64,000 bases of DNA from Tricharina praecox (lineage: Eukaryota): NCBI RefSeq assembly GCF_024521635.1, contig NW_026250407.1:186001-250000 (forward strand), written 5' to 3'. The notes under the pieces were generated by a model that saw nothing but the letters and a program-made list of their open reading frames with translations, was not told where the DNA came from and did not search any database. The translations under genes and the position numbers were made by a program. Positions 15,132-28,505 of the stretch are shown piece by piece (position 1 is the first letter of the stretch; each line of letters begins with the position of its first letter).

Positions 15132-15980
15132 TATGGTTGTTCGGGAGGGAGGGAGGGAGTTACTGGTTGGTAGAGTTGAACGCGATACCTGACGTCAGGG
15201 GGATCGAAGGGTGAAACCCAGAGATAAGGAGTCAGGGAGGGTGGCGTGCTTCAACGGCGCGCCGCAAGACAATTCAGGGAAAAAAAACAAGTTGAAAAAA
15301 AATGAAGAACTGTCGGTTGGCGAAATGGATATCGCGCAAAGGAAAGGTTGTGGATCTGAGCGACGGCTGGTCGAATGGTGCTGATATGGCCGAGGTACAG
15401 AGTATCGCGGAGGGAAGTAGCTCGAGCACAGATCGGTAGTCTAAACGCGGATGGTTCTGAGGGTAGACTGGGCGCGAGATATGTAGAGTTGCTGATGGGA
15501 TCGCAGAGGGACCGGCCGCATCGAGTGAGGTTGCACCGAGAGGGAAGAGGGGCGGGTTAGGTCGGTCGCAGATGGTGCTGTTTGGTTGGACAAGCTGTTT
15601 CGTGTATTCCAAGTGAAGGAGGGAGGGTCGAGTGCGGTATTGCAAGCAATCACGAATGGGGAATGCGTCTGTCTCTGACTTTCTCTCTTTCTCTCTCGGG
15701 GGTGGTGGGGGGGTGGGGAGGGAGGGTGAAGTCGCCTTTGTTGGAATGAGGGGAGGCAAGCGGGGGGTGGGATAGAAGGACGCGGGGGGGAGGGGATCTT
15801 TATTATGATGCGGATCTCGGATGGTTTCGCTTGGAACTGCGAAAGGAAGACAAGAGGAGCAAGAGGTCTTGGGGGTGGTGGGTGGGAATAGTTTGGTAGG
15901 AGATGGTGAGGAGGAGGAGGTAAGGCGGTGGCAGACAAGAGGAGGAGGACGATGAGAAGGTGATAGTGGAGGAGGGATGT

Positions 15981-16041
15981 GGAGGAGGAGGAGGAGGAGG
16001 AGGAGGAGGAGGAGGAGGAGGAGGAGGAGGAGGAGGAGGAG
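15981..16041. repeat. (GAG)n/(CTC)n microsatellite, about 20 units, upstream of KIN1
   Basis: Read directly from the sequence. Confidence 0.95.
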
Positions 16042-18833
16042 GGAGGAGTTGATTGTGAGAGCAGATAGAGTAGAGACGTGGAGGAGGGTGGGGATGCGGA
16101 GACGAGTTGGAAAGCAGGGTACAGCAACAGGGGGTGGAGGGAGGACAGGAGCGCGAGGGATGATTTGATGCGGTCGATTGGTCTGCTTTGGTTTGCCTGG
16201 TTGTGTGGTCCTGTCTGTCTGCGTCTGCTGGGTTCTGCTGGGTATGAGGTATCTGCTTCTTTTACAGCTGCTGCTATTGCTGCTGCTGACGGCCTCCTGC
16301 CGGGGCGAGGAAGGGTCGAAGACGTTCTGACGGACGGTATCACCACCCCCCCTTCCCCGTCCGAATAGCAAGGACTTACATACCCGGTATGTAGGAGGAG
16401 GATATCGAGCCAACCAGCAAACACCTTGGCTGCGCCCGCATGAGGACACTACTAGCAGATACTAGAGAGACACTCTCGCTTGTAGGGGCAGCACATGTGC
16501 CATTTCGTACCGGTTTGGGGTGCATACGGAAGGGCGCATAATTCTTACATTCGTGCTTAGTTTAGGCATCTCCACGAGTGCCTTAGGGTGGTTGCAACTC
16601 GCAACTCTTCAGACTGGCTGGCTGGCTGGCTGTTCGTGTCGGCGGAAGAGCAGCTTGGCAGAGAGATTGAAGAATCAGACGGATAAGATGACGGGTGCGA
16701 GGGAAGTTGACCGGAGTGGATGGATCGCCCCTGCACGTCTCCACAACAAGGAACAGGAACATTCACAGGAACGCGGGTCCAGCCAGCCATATTCCACATT
16801 CGACCGCTTAGTGAATATTGCTTTTCCGCATGCGTGCGTGCGTATAAAAGCTCGTGCTCAGTCAGCCGGGGGACGGCCGGGGCGGAGCGTGATGGTGGTG
16901 GTGGTGGGTGCGCGGCCGGCGTGGACGGTGCATCAGGTACTTGCCTACATACCGGTACACTAGAGTACTGATACTCTACATACAGGCCGGGCGAAGCATC
17001 ATTGCCAGTCCGAACCGGACTCGAGAGTCGAGCATGTGCGCCGATCAGTGACGCAACCGCAACCCCGTGAGGATATCAGCGATTCCACTGAGTCGCAGTA
17101 TGTGCGGTAGGTAATGCCATGAAACGGATTCTTCCATCCCAACCGTCTCCGACGTCCCCGCATCCGCAACAAAGCTCGCGGTAAGCTGCATGCCGTACCC
17201 GTCCTACAGATGAGAAAGAGCACTGATATCTGTGGCAGATATCATATGTAGGCTGGCGAGCGAGGCCACGCATTGACAGAGATCGATCATCGATCTCCAG
17301 GCACCCCGGCGAAATGCATAACAATCACCTTTGACAGGAAGCATGTACCTATCGAAGAGGGGGATGGGGGAGGGGCCGAAGGGAGCGGGGTAGCGCGAGC
17401 CGTTGCGGACGCACAGGGAGCAGTTTGAAACCGTCCAGCCCGGATAGAACAGGCGCCGAGCAGTAACGCCGGCTGGCGTCGCGGCCGAGAGCGCGGGGAC
17501 ATCTACTACCATACCCAAATAGTTGACCACGAATGTGTCGGTGCGTAAGAAGCGGACGAAGCAGTAAAGGAACCACCCGACCAGCCGAGACCTACTGATC
17601 CATTCATCCATCGCCATGGCCCACTCGAAACGAACACCCCCTCCTAGGAACGAAGCGCCTACCAATAGTTACTAGGCAGCAGGCCAGTAGACGCAGGAAG
17701 AATAGCAAAACCCCCCTTCATTGAACGAAGGGATTCGCCCACCTGCTCCTCCACATCTAGGTATCACGGGTACTCCAAAGTCGAACGACGCATGCTATGT
17801 AGGCGCAGAGACATATACCACATATCTCGAGAAGCGGCTGGTAGATCATAGTAGCAAGGCGATCGTTTAACACGAAACACCGCCGCCGCCATAGACGCGC
17901 TATCCGCCCGTGCGCCCCTCCTCCTCGCCCCCCACTCCGACTCCACATGCAAAGTATGTATCAAATCTCCTCCGAAAAGTATATAAGGACTCCCTTATGT
18001 ATGCCTCAAGTATCTAGCCAGCCATGCATGCACAAGCCGACGCACGACTTCGTTGGACGTGGTTGGGTGGGGCCACTTACTCCACAAACCTACTCCACAT
18101 AGGGGGGTAGGTATAAATGAAATTGAAGGGGATCATGGGTTGCGCGAGATAATCAATTTGTTGTCACATGAAGTCGCATGAAGTCGCATAAAGTATAAGA
18201 CGGACGGACCATCATGGGTTGTTTGAAAATCGATCCTGACGAGCTCGGCTGATATCCGATGACGTGAGGCCACTGACACGGCGACACTGGACACTGGACA
18301 CTGGACAGGCTGGGACCTGTGCGCGGGTTTTGGCAGCTGCAGACCTGCGGTGGAGGTTGGTTGGATATCGTGAATGATACCGATTATGTGGTACCTGCTC
18401 CACCAGTGTTGGATGCCCGAGAAAAGGTAAAACCCACCGTTGAAGGGTGTCCTCTCGGCTATCCACCGGGGGCTCTGTACCGTCCGGCGTCCGTTACGCC
18501 AGTTCCGGACGGGCTCTAGAGAAGCCGGGCCGAGCAGCAAGACTCACGTACAATACACTGGTAGGAAGGTACCGTATGTACCGTAACTATCTGCATCGCC
18601 GGGCCTTTGAAGTTTAAGTTGTGTATACGAAGCCGCAGATATCATCATATCATAGCTAAAAGCTCTCCGTCTGTTACCCGCCAGCCAGCCAGCGGCACCC
18701 CAGTGCGTGCGCACGCGAGTGTCTCAGTGTCTCACACGCGGAATCTCAAATCGCGGATCCCAGCAGTTGGATATCTAACTAATTCCAACTACCTACTTTA
18801 CGCAACATCGCCTCGAGCTCCCACAACACTCTC

Positions 18834-21051
18834 ATGGCGCAAAAACGCCCCCGCAGCGAATTCGAGCGTCCGCCGCCGGCGTCATTCGCAGTATACGGGC
18901 GGGCACTGCCCGCACTCGACGCCGCAACCCGCGACGACGGCTCCTACGTGCCCGTGTGGAAACAAGAGGTGGTCGATGATCGCGGCAGGAAACGGCTTCA
19001 TGGCGCGTTTACGGGCGGGTTTAGTGCTGGGTTAGTTGCCTCCTTCCTACAAGCAGCGGCAGATGGTATACATGATGTCGGAGCTGGAGCTGACGCGTGC
19101 ACGCACACATACAGCTACTTCAATACCGTAGGCTCGAAAGAAGGTCAGCACCCACTCCACGCTCCGGCTAGGCCACCTCGCGGCCTCTCGTGGTCGTTTT
19201 CGTTTTCGTCGACGTCATCACTAACCTGATGCGCGGAATCAGGCTGGACACCAGCGACATTCAAGTCTTCGCGGGGGGCGCGGGCGACGAAAGCCGGTGC
19301 CGCGAAGCCGGAGGACTTCATGGACGAGGAGGACCTGCGGGAGGCGGAGGAGGCGCGGCAGCTCGAGACGAGCGAGAGTTTTGCTGGGATCGGCGGGGTC
19401 GGCGGGACGGAGGATGTTGTTGGCCAGCGGAGATCGTTGATGGATCTGTTGGTGCCCGCTATGCAGGATACGATGGGGACGAAGCTGCTCAAGAAGATGG
19501 GATGGAAGGAGGGCCAGGGGATTGGCCCGAAGACGCTGAGGAGGGCGAGGGATTTCGATGGTGACCTGGCGGCGACCGCGGCTAAGGAAGATAAGGCGTT
19601 TTTGTTTGCGCCCGAGAACTCGAGGTTGATTGCGTTCAAGCGCAAGGATAACTCCCAAGGGCTGGGATACGCGAAGGAAGAGTCGATTGCGAAGAAGGAG
19701 GAGAAGGATGAGGAGATTGCATTTGGTACTGCTTCGAGACCATCGACGTCGAAGCCCAAGAAAGCCTCCGGTGCCGCGTTCGGAGTCGGTGTGCTCAACG
19801 ACGACGGGGAAGATGAAGAAGACATCTACGAGATCCGGCCAAAGTGGACGTACAACAAGGTCATCGGAGGAGACAAGCCAAAGAAGAAGAACCCTGTGGC
19901 TCGGCCGTCGGTGGGAAAGCACGTGTTTGTCCCCAAGAAAGGGACAACGCTGAAGAGCTACCAAACGGCGCGCAAGTGCCACGATGGCCGACTGCCAATA
20001 CCAGGCTTCATCCTCTCGGACGCTTCCGTGCAGCTGGCCGAACCTCGCTATCCACCGCCGGTAGTTCCAGACGGCTGGAAGGGGACGCCAGAAGAGGCGA
20101 GCGCGCCAACCGCCGCATCCACCACTGCCGACAAGGCGGCCGCAAGTCTAAATCCCAGAGCGCGCGGGGCTCTATTGGGGGAAGCACCTCTGCCTGGAAA
20201 GTCTGTCTTTGACTTCTTGACTCCCGATGCCCGCAACAGAATCGCGAATCTCACCGGCAAAACCAACCTTCCCCAGGGACTCGGTGAAGCCCCGGTTTCC
20301 GCTGCCCGCCCCTCCATCGCAGATATAGTCCCGCCGCTGGACTCGGAAGCAGCAATAATGGCACTGAATGGTGGATACATGCCGTACGGCGACGACCCGG
20401 ACAAACAGGCGCGGTACAGGTCATTTCTCGAAGTAAAGGCTGGGCTCAAAGAAGGCCTCCCCGATAGAGTGAGTATCACCTCTCCCCCATCAACCCCACC
20501 GTCGCTGACACCCTTAGAAATACGGCATGAACACACAAGATTGGGCCAAAGAGATGGGCGAATTTGTTGGCGCAGCGCGGATCTTCAAGCCACTGACCGG
20601 GTCAATGGCCACACGCTTCACGACCTCGACCTTCGCATCAAACATCCAGGGGAACATGGACCGTGGGCTCGACTCGGACGTGCTCCTCCACCGTCCCGCC
20701 GCGAAAGAGGAGGACCCTGCGGAAGCAGCCGCAAAGCTTGGCATATATGGGCCCCTCACTCGAAGCATCATCGAGTTTGCACCCAATAGGCTGCTGTGCA
20801 AGCGGTTTAATGTGCAGTTTTTGGGTACCACCACGGCCCCCACAGATCAGGCGAAATCAGCGGCCCCGGGCTACAGTGCTGGTGGTAGCAGCGCTGGAAT
20901 AGCGCCGCCGGTTTATGAAACGGTCAAACCACCGGCTGTGCTGCAGGTGGACGCCGATAAGAATGAGGCATTGGAAGCAGAGAAGGCGTCGGAGGAGGTG
21001 TTTAAGAAGATCTTTGGGGATTGGGACGAGGATGATGATGAGGACGATTAG
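18834..21051 (+). CDS. G-patch domain protein with N-terminal DUF1604 (GPATCH1-like splicing factor), 4 exons
   Basis: The spliced N-terminus reads [39 protein letters not shown], using a 29-nt exon at 19115-19143. G-patch [17 protein letters not shown]. Later motifs [12 protein letters not shown] and [13 protein letters not shown]. Confidence 0.9.
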
Positions 21052-21982
21052 GAATGATAAATTTGTGGCACGCTCAATATTATTAGAGGACTGTTGTTGA
21101 ACTACGGTAGGTACTGTTCAGAAGATACCGCAGATCGCGAGTGCAAATCTATGATACAGGACCGCGATTGAAATTTGAAGCTGTGAGATCTTCTACGCTT
21201 GAGTTCTAGATGCAGTCATTCTTCAGTATGTACATAGAACTTGGACGGCCAAAGACATCCAGGGAACACGTACTCTACCATTCAGACAACGCGCCTTGGT
21301 ATGTGTATTCACATGGTTGGATGTAACATTGTACCCAAGTACCATTGGTACCATCAAAAGGAGTCTGAATGGTTCATTGCAGCCTTTCGAACCGGCAAAT
21401 TGCCTCCAGGGAATCTTTAAAGGGCATTATGCATGTATACTTCCAGCCAGCAGGGCCACCATGAAGCAGCCTTCAACAGGAACGGCTACCGTAGCATACA
21501 TGTCACTAGAGTACTTTCTGGCCCCCACGCTAATTAGCGCCACACACATCGCGTGCTTCCTGGTTCAAGCGCGTCCTCCTGGACTTATCTAGTGATCGGC
21601 CGCCGTCCGAAGCTACATACGACACCGACACACGACGTCAACGTCCTCCCTCCACACATACTCTACTCTACATACCCTCACACACCATCACATCTCCCCC
21701 CCTCCCCTCTTCAGGACCCCTAAGCGAATTCTCTTCCCTTTCGTTCGGCTACCCACTTCGGCATAACTTCGAGCAGGGGTAGTAGTAGGTAATTGCCAGT
21801 TCTTACAGACGGACACCGCCCGAGGAAGAGAGGGAGGGATCCAGATATCTACCGTACCTACTATATACTTTACGCGCTCGGAAACCCAACCCAGCAGACA
21901 ACAACAACATCGAGTTCCACCCACCACTCGACAACTTTGCCTCCTCCACCCACTTCTCATACTGCTCCCACTCACAGCGGAC

Positions 21983-23905
21983 ATGTCGACACAACCACCG
22001 CCGTCTTCGGCGGCAGACCTGGAGCGCCTCCGGAACCTGGAGGAATTCGCCGCGCTGGGGCAGTTCCTGTACCTTTTCGGCACGGATCTGCTGGGTCTTC
22101 CGGACTCCTTCAGCCTCGAGGTGAGTCCTACGTACCGCGCACGCTTCCTCCGCGGGGGTATATATCCCGCGCCACTATGTTAATGCTAACCCGTCCGATA
22201 TGTACATAGGACCTCGAGACGGAGCTATTCACGGCGCAGTCGGAGATCATCGTACGGATCAGCATGGGCCTTCTGCGGGCGGTATCGTCGCACCGCGGGC
22301 TCGTGCCGGAGCAGTTCGAGGAGTACGCGCGCCGCCAGTATGTCGCGCGCAAGCCGGGGATGCCGGACCCGTTCGGAGATGAGGCCGAGGGCGCCGCAAG
22401 AAGGTTCGTGGAGCTGGATGTCTTCACGCGCGTGCGCATTCTGCACCAGCTCAGCGTCTGGGCATTCCAGCACCCCGAGAGGGTCAGGGATAAGGTCAAG
22501 AATGCGGGTGAGAAAGAGCAATTGCTGTGGGTATGTTTTTGGGTGCAGCTGCGAAGTGGGATCGGACGGAACGTGCTGGGCGAAGTGCGCTGGGTTGGGC
22601 TACGCTAACGTGTGGTCTGCTCAGAGAATGGAGCCTGCGGGTTACGATAGGGCCGGAAATACCTACTACATCCTCGATGATAACCGCTTGTATCGGCGCA
22701 CACCTTGGACTGCAGAGCCGCCGCCGCCGCCAAAGAAGTCAAAAGCCAAGAGGAAGGCAGCCAAGAGACGTCGGGTGTCGACGGCGGAGGAGGACGGAGA
22801 GGAAGAGCGGAGCATCGGTGGACTCTGGTCGTGTGTATGTGTTTCGCTGCACGACTGGACTGTCTTCGTCAGTAGCTTCGACAACTCCAAGGATGTGGAC
22901 GAGAAGGCACTTCGGGCGTACCTTAAGGAAGAGGTGGTACCGGACTTGACCAAGACCTGGCTGGAGAAGGAGAAACAGCGTCAGTTGCAGGAGGCGGTTG
23001 CCAACAGGAAGAGGTCGGGACGGTTAGACGCCAAGATTGCTCGTCAGAAGGAGGAAGAGCAGAAGGCGGCTGCAGCGAAAAAAGAAGCTGAGGCGGCGGC
23101 TGCAGCGAGAAAGGAGAGACTCGAGGCCGAAAAGAAGGAGAAGGTATGTTGTCGTGGGAACACGGGGATTACATGCTTTACATTGCTGATATGTCATCCA
23201 GGAGCGAGCGATCAGAATGAGGATCAGGCAAGAGAGACTCAAAACGCAGAGTCACTCAATGATCACTTCCAAGGCCAATTCCAGTCGCGGCACTTCTGCT
23301 GATGACTCCTCATCCTCCGCCATGAGAAGGTCGTCCAGAAGAGCTAAAGCTGAGCCCCCCAAAGAGGAGAAGATCGAGGATTGGGTCTTTGATTGTGTAT
23401 GCGGCGCTCACGGAATCAACTATGTATGCTTGAGTGCTGAAGATCTAACCAGTAGCACTTGCGTAACTGAATACTGACTGTCTGCCTCTAGGAAGATGGA
23501 ACGAACATCATCGCCTGTGATTCCTGTGACGTCTGGCAGCACCTCAAGTGTGTGAAACTGCCGCCAGGTGGTGAGGATGCCGACTTCATCTGCGACCTGT
23601 GCTTGCGCTACAAGGAGAGCCGCGAGGGACCGGTAGAGCCGAACGGATTGCCACCCAGCCCGCAGATCATCAAGCTCCGGGTAGGCCCTCCTTCGCCCGA
23701 AAAGGCCAGAGGTCCGTTCGACGAAGCTGTTGGTTCGGCGGTGACTGCTAATAGTTCGCCAAAACACTCCGAATTCACGGAGCCGATCGCGATGGATATC
23801 GAGAACAGTGCTACTACTATTGGAAAACCGCCCTTGGGTATGGCAGATGTTGGCGGCGGCGGCACGTCTAGGGACTTACCAACTGGAGAGCCCGATCAGA
23901 ATTAG
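21983..23905 (+). CDS. PHD-finger chromatin protein with N-terminal DDT/WHIM-like region, about 5 exons
   Basis: Segments LRNLEEFAALGQFLYLFG, RVRILHQLSVW and RMEPAGYDRAGNTYYILDDNRLYRRT, then a coiled coil. The PHD finger is split by an intron: WVFDCVCG...IIACDSCDVWQHLKC...FICDLC. Confidence 0.85.
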
Positions 23906-26900
23906 GACCTCTGCCTAATAACCTTTAGATAGGCAGCGATGCAGTTTCAACGACATGTTTTCGATGTTTTCTTGTCACGGGTGGGGAATTTCTGAGATGG
24001 GGAGTTTGGGATGAAACAGATCACGGCGTTCGATGTCTCATATCTTGTCAGTTTTACAGCTCTAGAGTCCAGAAACCTTAGATCATACTTTTTTAGAGGC
24101 TTGATGGAGGTTGCGTTGCGTCGTTGAGTTGTGTTGCACTAATTGCGGACCGCGGCTCGAATGGGAAAATACAATATACTATTTGGGTGGTGGTGGTAGA
24201 TCAAATCAACCTTCCTTCCTTCCTTTCCTCCTCCTTCCCTCCTCCTTCCCTCCTCCTTCCCGCCGAGAGGTTGGATGTTCTAGAACACACAAGGATTGCA
24301 GCAAGAAGGGGCCTCCTCACATGGCCGATGTGCACTTTCCCTGAGTCCCTCCCTCCCTCCTCCATCTTCTCCGTCCTCCGGCCTCCGTCCTCCTTCCTCG
24401 TTCCTCCCCCCTCCTCCGCCGTTCGTTGCTCCCATGCTTAGCATCATTCTGCTGCTCAGAAAATCATCCGATTTTGACATTTTTCCGTCAACGACCGAAG
24501 CTTTCGGATCTCATTCCTACGCCTGTGATCATGGGCTTCCATCGAAGCCCACCGGGCCAACCAACCAGATGCTTTCCCCCTCTCCCCGCAACTACAAACC
24601 ACAGGGATATGTACGTGCATGTGTGTGTGTGTGGGTCCCTGCCAAGAGAGTGAGCACGCAAATGCAGATGCAAATGATGATGACGGTGGTGATATGGATG
24701 GTGATGGTGATGTGCATTGCACAGGCACACGCATCACGCATAGCCGAATTAAGCTTTGATGTTGGATCTTTCACTTCACTTCGCCAAACGGCGCCCACGA
24801 ACCGCCGCCGCCGCCGACACCACGACTGTCAGGTACCTCCGTCACGCTGCCAGGCTGGGTGGGGCACACATGTATCTAGCATGAGCCTGCCGGCAGTTCG
24901 ATGGCAGATTGCCTATATCTATACTATATATGTGGAAGCTGGCCATGCAGGGTGAGGGGGGGGCAGACAAGTGCCAGCACTGGGCTGGAGCTCGTGCTAA
25001 CTGCTTGGGTGCGTTGTGGCCACAGGAGATGTGTATCACGAACATGAAGTCTGCAGGCAGATTGGCTGGCTGGCTGGTTCGTTGGTTGGCTGACCGGCTG
25101 GCTGGCTTTGTGCTGGCCGGCCGGTTTTTCCGTGAGGGGAACTTGCTGCCGACCAGAGCTAGAGGCCGTTGGTTGACAGGTGGGAAGTGGGAGAACGAGC
25201 GGGAGGAGATTGCTGCATGTGCAGTTCAGTGGTTGCAACTTGCGGCCGTTTTTGTGGTAGTTGGCGGAGTGCGGCCACACTGCGCGTGCCCCCCCCGATG
25301 GTTGGACCCTGCTGGAGCTAGCTAGCTGGCTGGATGGTTGGATGGCTGCTTATGGGTGGGTGGATGGGTTGGTGGGTGGATGTCGTGCAGGTGCCCTTTG
25401 TGGCTGGCTGGCTGGAAGCAAACTGTACGGAGGGCAGTAGCATGTTCCCTGCCTCGCCGACATCCCCCCGGGATCTCCCCCCGCCGATACCCCCCGTGAT
25501 CAGAATTCCTGCGCAAGCCCGTACCAGCCCGCACAGCTGTGCTGTCAGCCGAAGCGATAGGTATCAGCGCTGCATGTCTGGCTCTCGGCATCCTGCAGCT
25601 GCAAAGCACCCCGCCGCCGCCGCCGCTGATGCTGGATGTTGCCTACCTCCGTCCACGGATCGGATTGGCCCTTCTTCTGCCTTCTGCGTCTTCCATCCGT
25701 ACACGCCACGGATCTCGTCCGGAGCGTGGATGATGGGTGAAGTGGGTGGTCATGGTCGTGTGGTGGTGTGGTGGGGGTCAAATTTGCACCTTTCTCTAGG
25801 CCGTTTTTTGTATCGGCGGGAGATATGATTTGCACCTCCGCCATGAATGATTGAATCAGATATGTGATTACGACGGGGTGGGAGTTCTTCTCCGAGAGGT
25901 ATGTGCGCTGGATCGAAGCCGGGGCGAAGGTCCGTACCGTGGCCGAAATCCGGACCACGCCCAAAAATAATAATTATGTGACACAGCTACTGCGAAAGGT
26001 TGACTGGAGTGGAGCCACTAGATATCCCGATGTCTAGATTCCCTCGTGCGGAATGCGCGTTCCACAGTGGGCATCTAAGATGGGTGTGGATCGATGCAGC
26101 ACTCATTCACGTGGTCAAGATCCAGAAAAAGTAATCTGATCGTCGGGCCTGGCCGTTAATTGAGTCCAGACACGTCCTGCGGGCGGGCGGGCGGAGCGGG
26201 CGGAGCGGGCTCGGACCGCCACCACCACCGCCGATGAGGAGGCACTCAGCTCCTCCTCCATTCCGCTCCTCCCGCTTACGCGTATGTATGTACATTTCGT
26301 GTCCATCGGCGCTTCTTTCCCCTTCATGCCTTGGCATAATTCCCTTTCCCTTCTCCTTGCCGGCGAGTGCTGTTCTTCCGGCCTCCAAACCGTATCGGCG
26401 AGATAGGCTATGTATGTCCCGGCCGTTTGGATACTCGCTCAGCCGATCCTCTCGGAAGATCTGGGGGGGGAGTGCGCCAACTGTGCTTTCTGGAGGGGGA
26501 GTGTGTGGTATGTCCAATCGATCCTGATCGAGGTCCAACGCTCCCTCTCTCTCCCCCCATCTCTCTCCCAGGTGTCAGTACGAAATCGAACAAAGACTGT
26601 ACCTGCTTACCGCCCCGGCCTGTATCCACCTTCTCAACCCGAGAAGCTGGTACCCCCGACCGACCAGAATCATCCAGCAAAAACACCGCCGCTATCACCC
26701 ACCCCCCCGCCTCTCACGGGACTCAACCCAACCCAGATATTTGCCGCCCGAGACGCTGCAACAAAGAAGTACGAAACTGCTCTCTCTGTGGAGGGGGTGG
26801 GCAGCTCACTCACAGGCTCACAGGGCTGCGGGAGCGGCGAAGGAGGGAAGAGAGTGCGTCGGCGAAGAAGGAATCGGGTTTTGCTCCGTTCTAACTCAAC

Positions 26901-28505
26901 TGCCCCGAACGCGAGGTTCCTTTGCAACAGCAACACAACTGGCCGAGCAGCAAAACATACTGTGATCGTTCTAGGTACTGCGGGAGTATCGGCATCGAAA
27001 TCACACACTGCGAGGTTTCCGTTTCCTTTCCCCCGTTCGAGATTCCCTCCTCATACTCCCCCCTCACCGTACCGGCCATCACTAGAAGTACTGCCACTGG
27101 AAGTCGTCCACTTGGCCAGTGATACTAGGAGTTCTGGCCCGGTATATATCTTATGCAATACTGTCCCAGTATCTAATCCGACCAACCTGGAAGCCACGGT
27201 GTTTCCGTATTGCATTGCGTGCGAGCGTAAAAGCCAACGTCTCCGAAGCAGGAAGGAGGAAAAGAAGGAAGAAAAAAAGGACCAGTTAGCCTGCGGTAGG
27301 CCAATCGATTGCACCGGTCCGCCAGATCCCAATATCAGCTGCACCTATCCACGTCCCCCCCACTCTCTCCCACCGCTCGAGCTTCTGCATTGCATAACTC
27401 CCAGTTGTCCTGCAAGATTGATTTCGGGTTTGGACCATCTTCTGCCTTCTGCCTGCTGTTGGGTTTGGACCATCTTCTGCCCGCTGTGGAGTCTGGCCAA
27501 TCGGACAACAGAGGTATTTTAGTGAATCGTAGGAGCCAGTTGGAGGGTCGCCAGATGGGAGTAGATTCGTGTCTGTGGCTCAATTTCTGTTCTATCTCTG
27601 TTTCCTAAAGTGAGGTTGCTGGGGAGGGGGGAAGGGGGATTTTTATTGCGGAATACATCCACCAGACCTGGTTTTCCGAGACGAAGGACTGACTCCCTCA
27701 CCCACCCGCCCAACGGGCAGCAGCAGGAAGCCACATCTGACGACAGTCCACTCCCCCCCTCCTCGCCCAACTCACTACCTGTCAGGACAATCCACCCGAC
27801 CTTCCACACATCCATCCGTCCATCCCATCTGCAACTACCTCCAGGCCATCCATCCCAACAGGAAGAAGTCCGCTCCTTCCAAGCCTGTCAAAAGTGGTAG
27901 CGGTAGCCACCGCGGCTATTAGTAGGGCCCGATTGGGGGGTGCGCATTTTCAACTTTAATAGCCCTGTAGCTCCATAGAGGAAGCGTGCACAACGACAGA
28001 CGGCGGACCTCCATCGACAAAGAGGTATTGGCCCCAGTCACACCAATCACACGCTGCTGCGAACCACCCCGGATTGGAACTGAGCACTGTCCAGTTCACA
28101 CCCCGCCCGCCGCCCTCCCCCCCTCCATATCCACTTCCCTACCTTCCTTCTGGTCACCCTCCCAACAAAGCTGGCCGGAATCCACCCCCCCTTCATCTCT
28201 TTTCACTACTTTACCCCACACACACTCTCCCCATACGCCCTTCCGACCCTCCTCCACCAGCCATCACCCACCCGTTCACGGGCATATATACGTCGTCCAA
28301 ACACTCCCCCCCCCCCCTCCCCCCCACACACAACACTTCCGGCTGGCAGGCTGAATAACATCGACATCACGACTGTTATCATCTCAGACGATCGTAGCTC
28401 CAGCCTCTTTGTTCGTCATTCGTTTGGCATAGAGGTTGAACGAGCCGATTGGCAACACGATCCCGCGAACATACACATATTCAGCAAACACCACGAGTTC
28501 ATCCC

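Noticed and set aside
15274..16449. 391-aa and 327-aa minus-strand ORFs upstream of KIN1
   Set aside because: Non-ATG starts and low complexity driven by CT-rich sequence; better explained as leader or promoter DNA.
26410..27522. 370-aa plus-strand ORF upstream of the HMG gene
   Set aside because: No recognisable motifs and a composition typical of GC-rich non-coding DNA. It cannot be fully excluded without RNA data.
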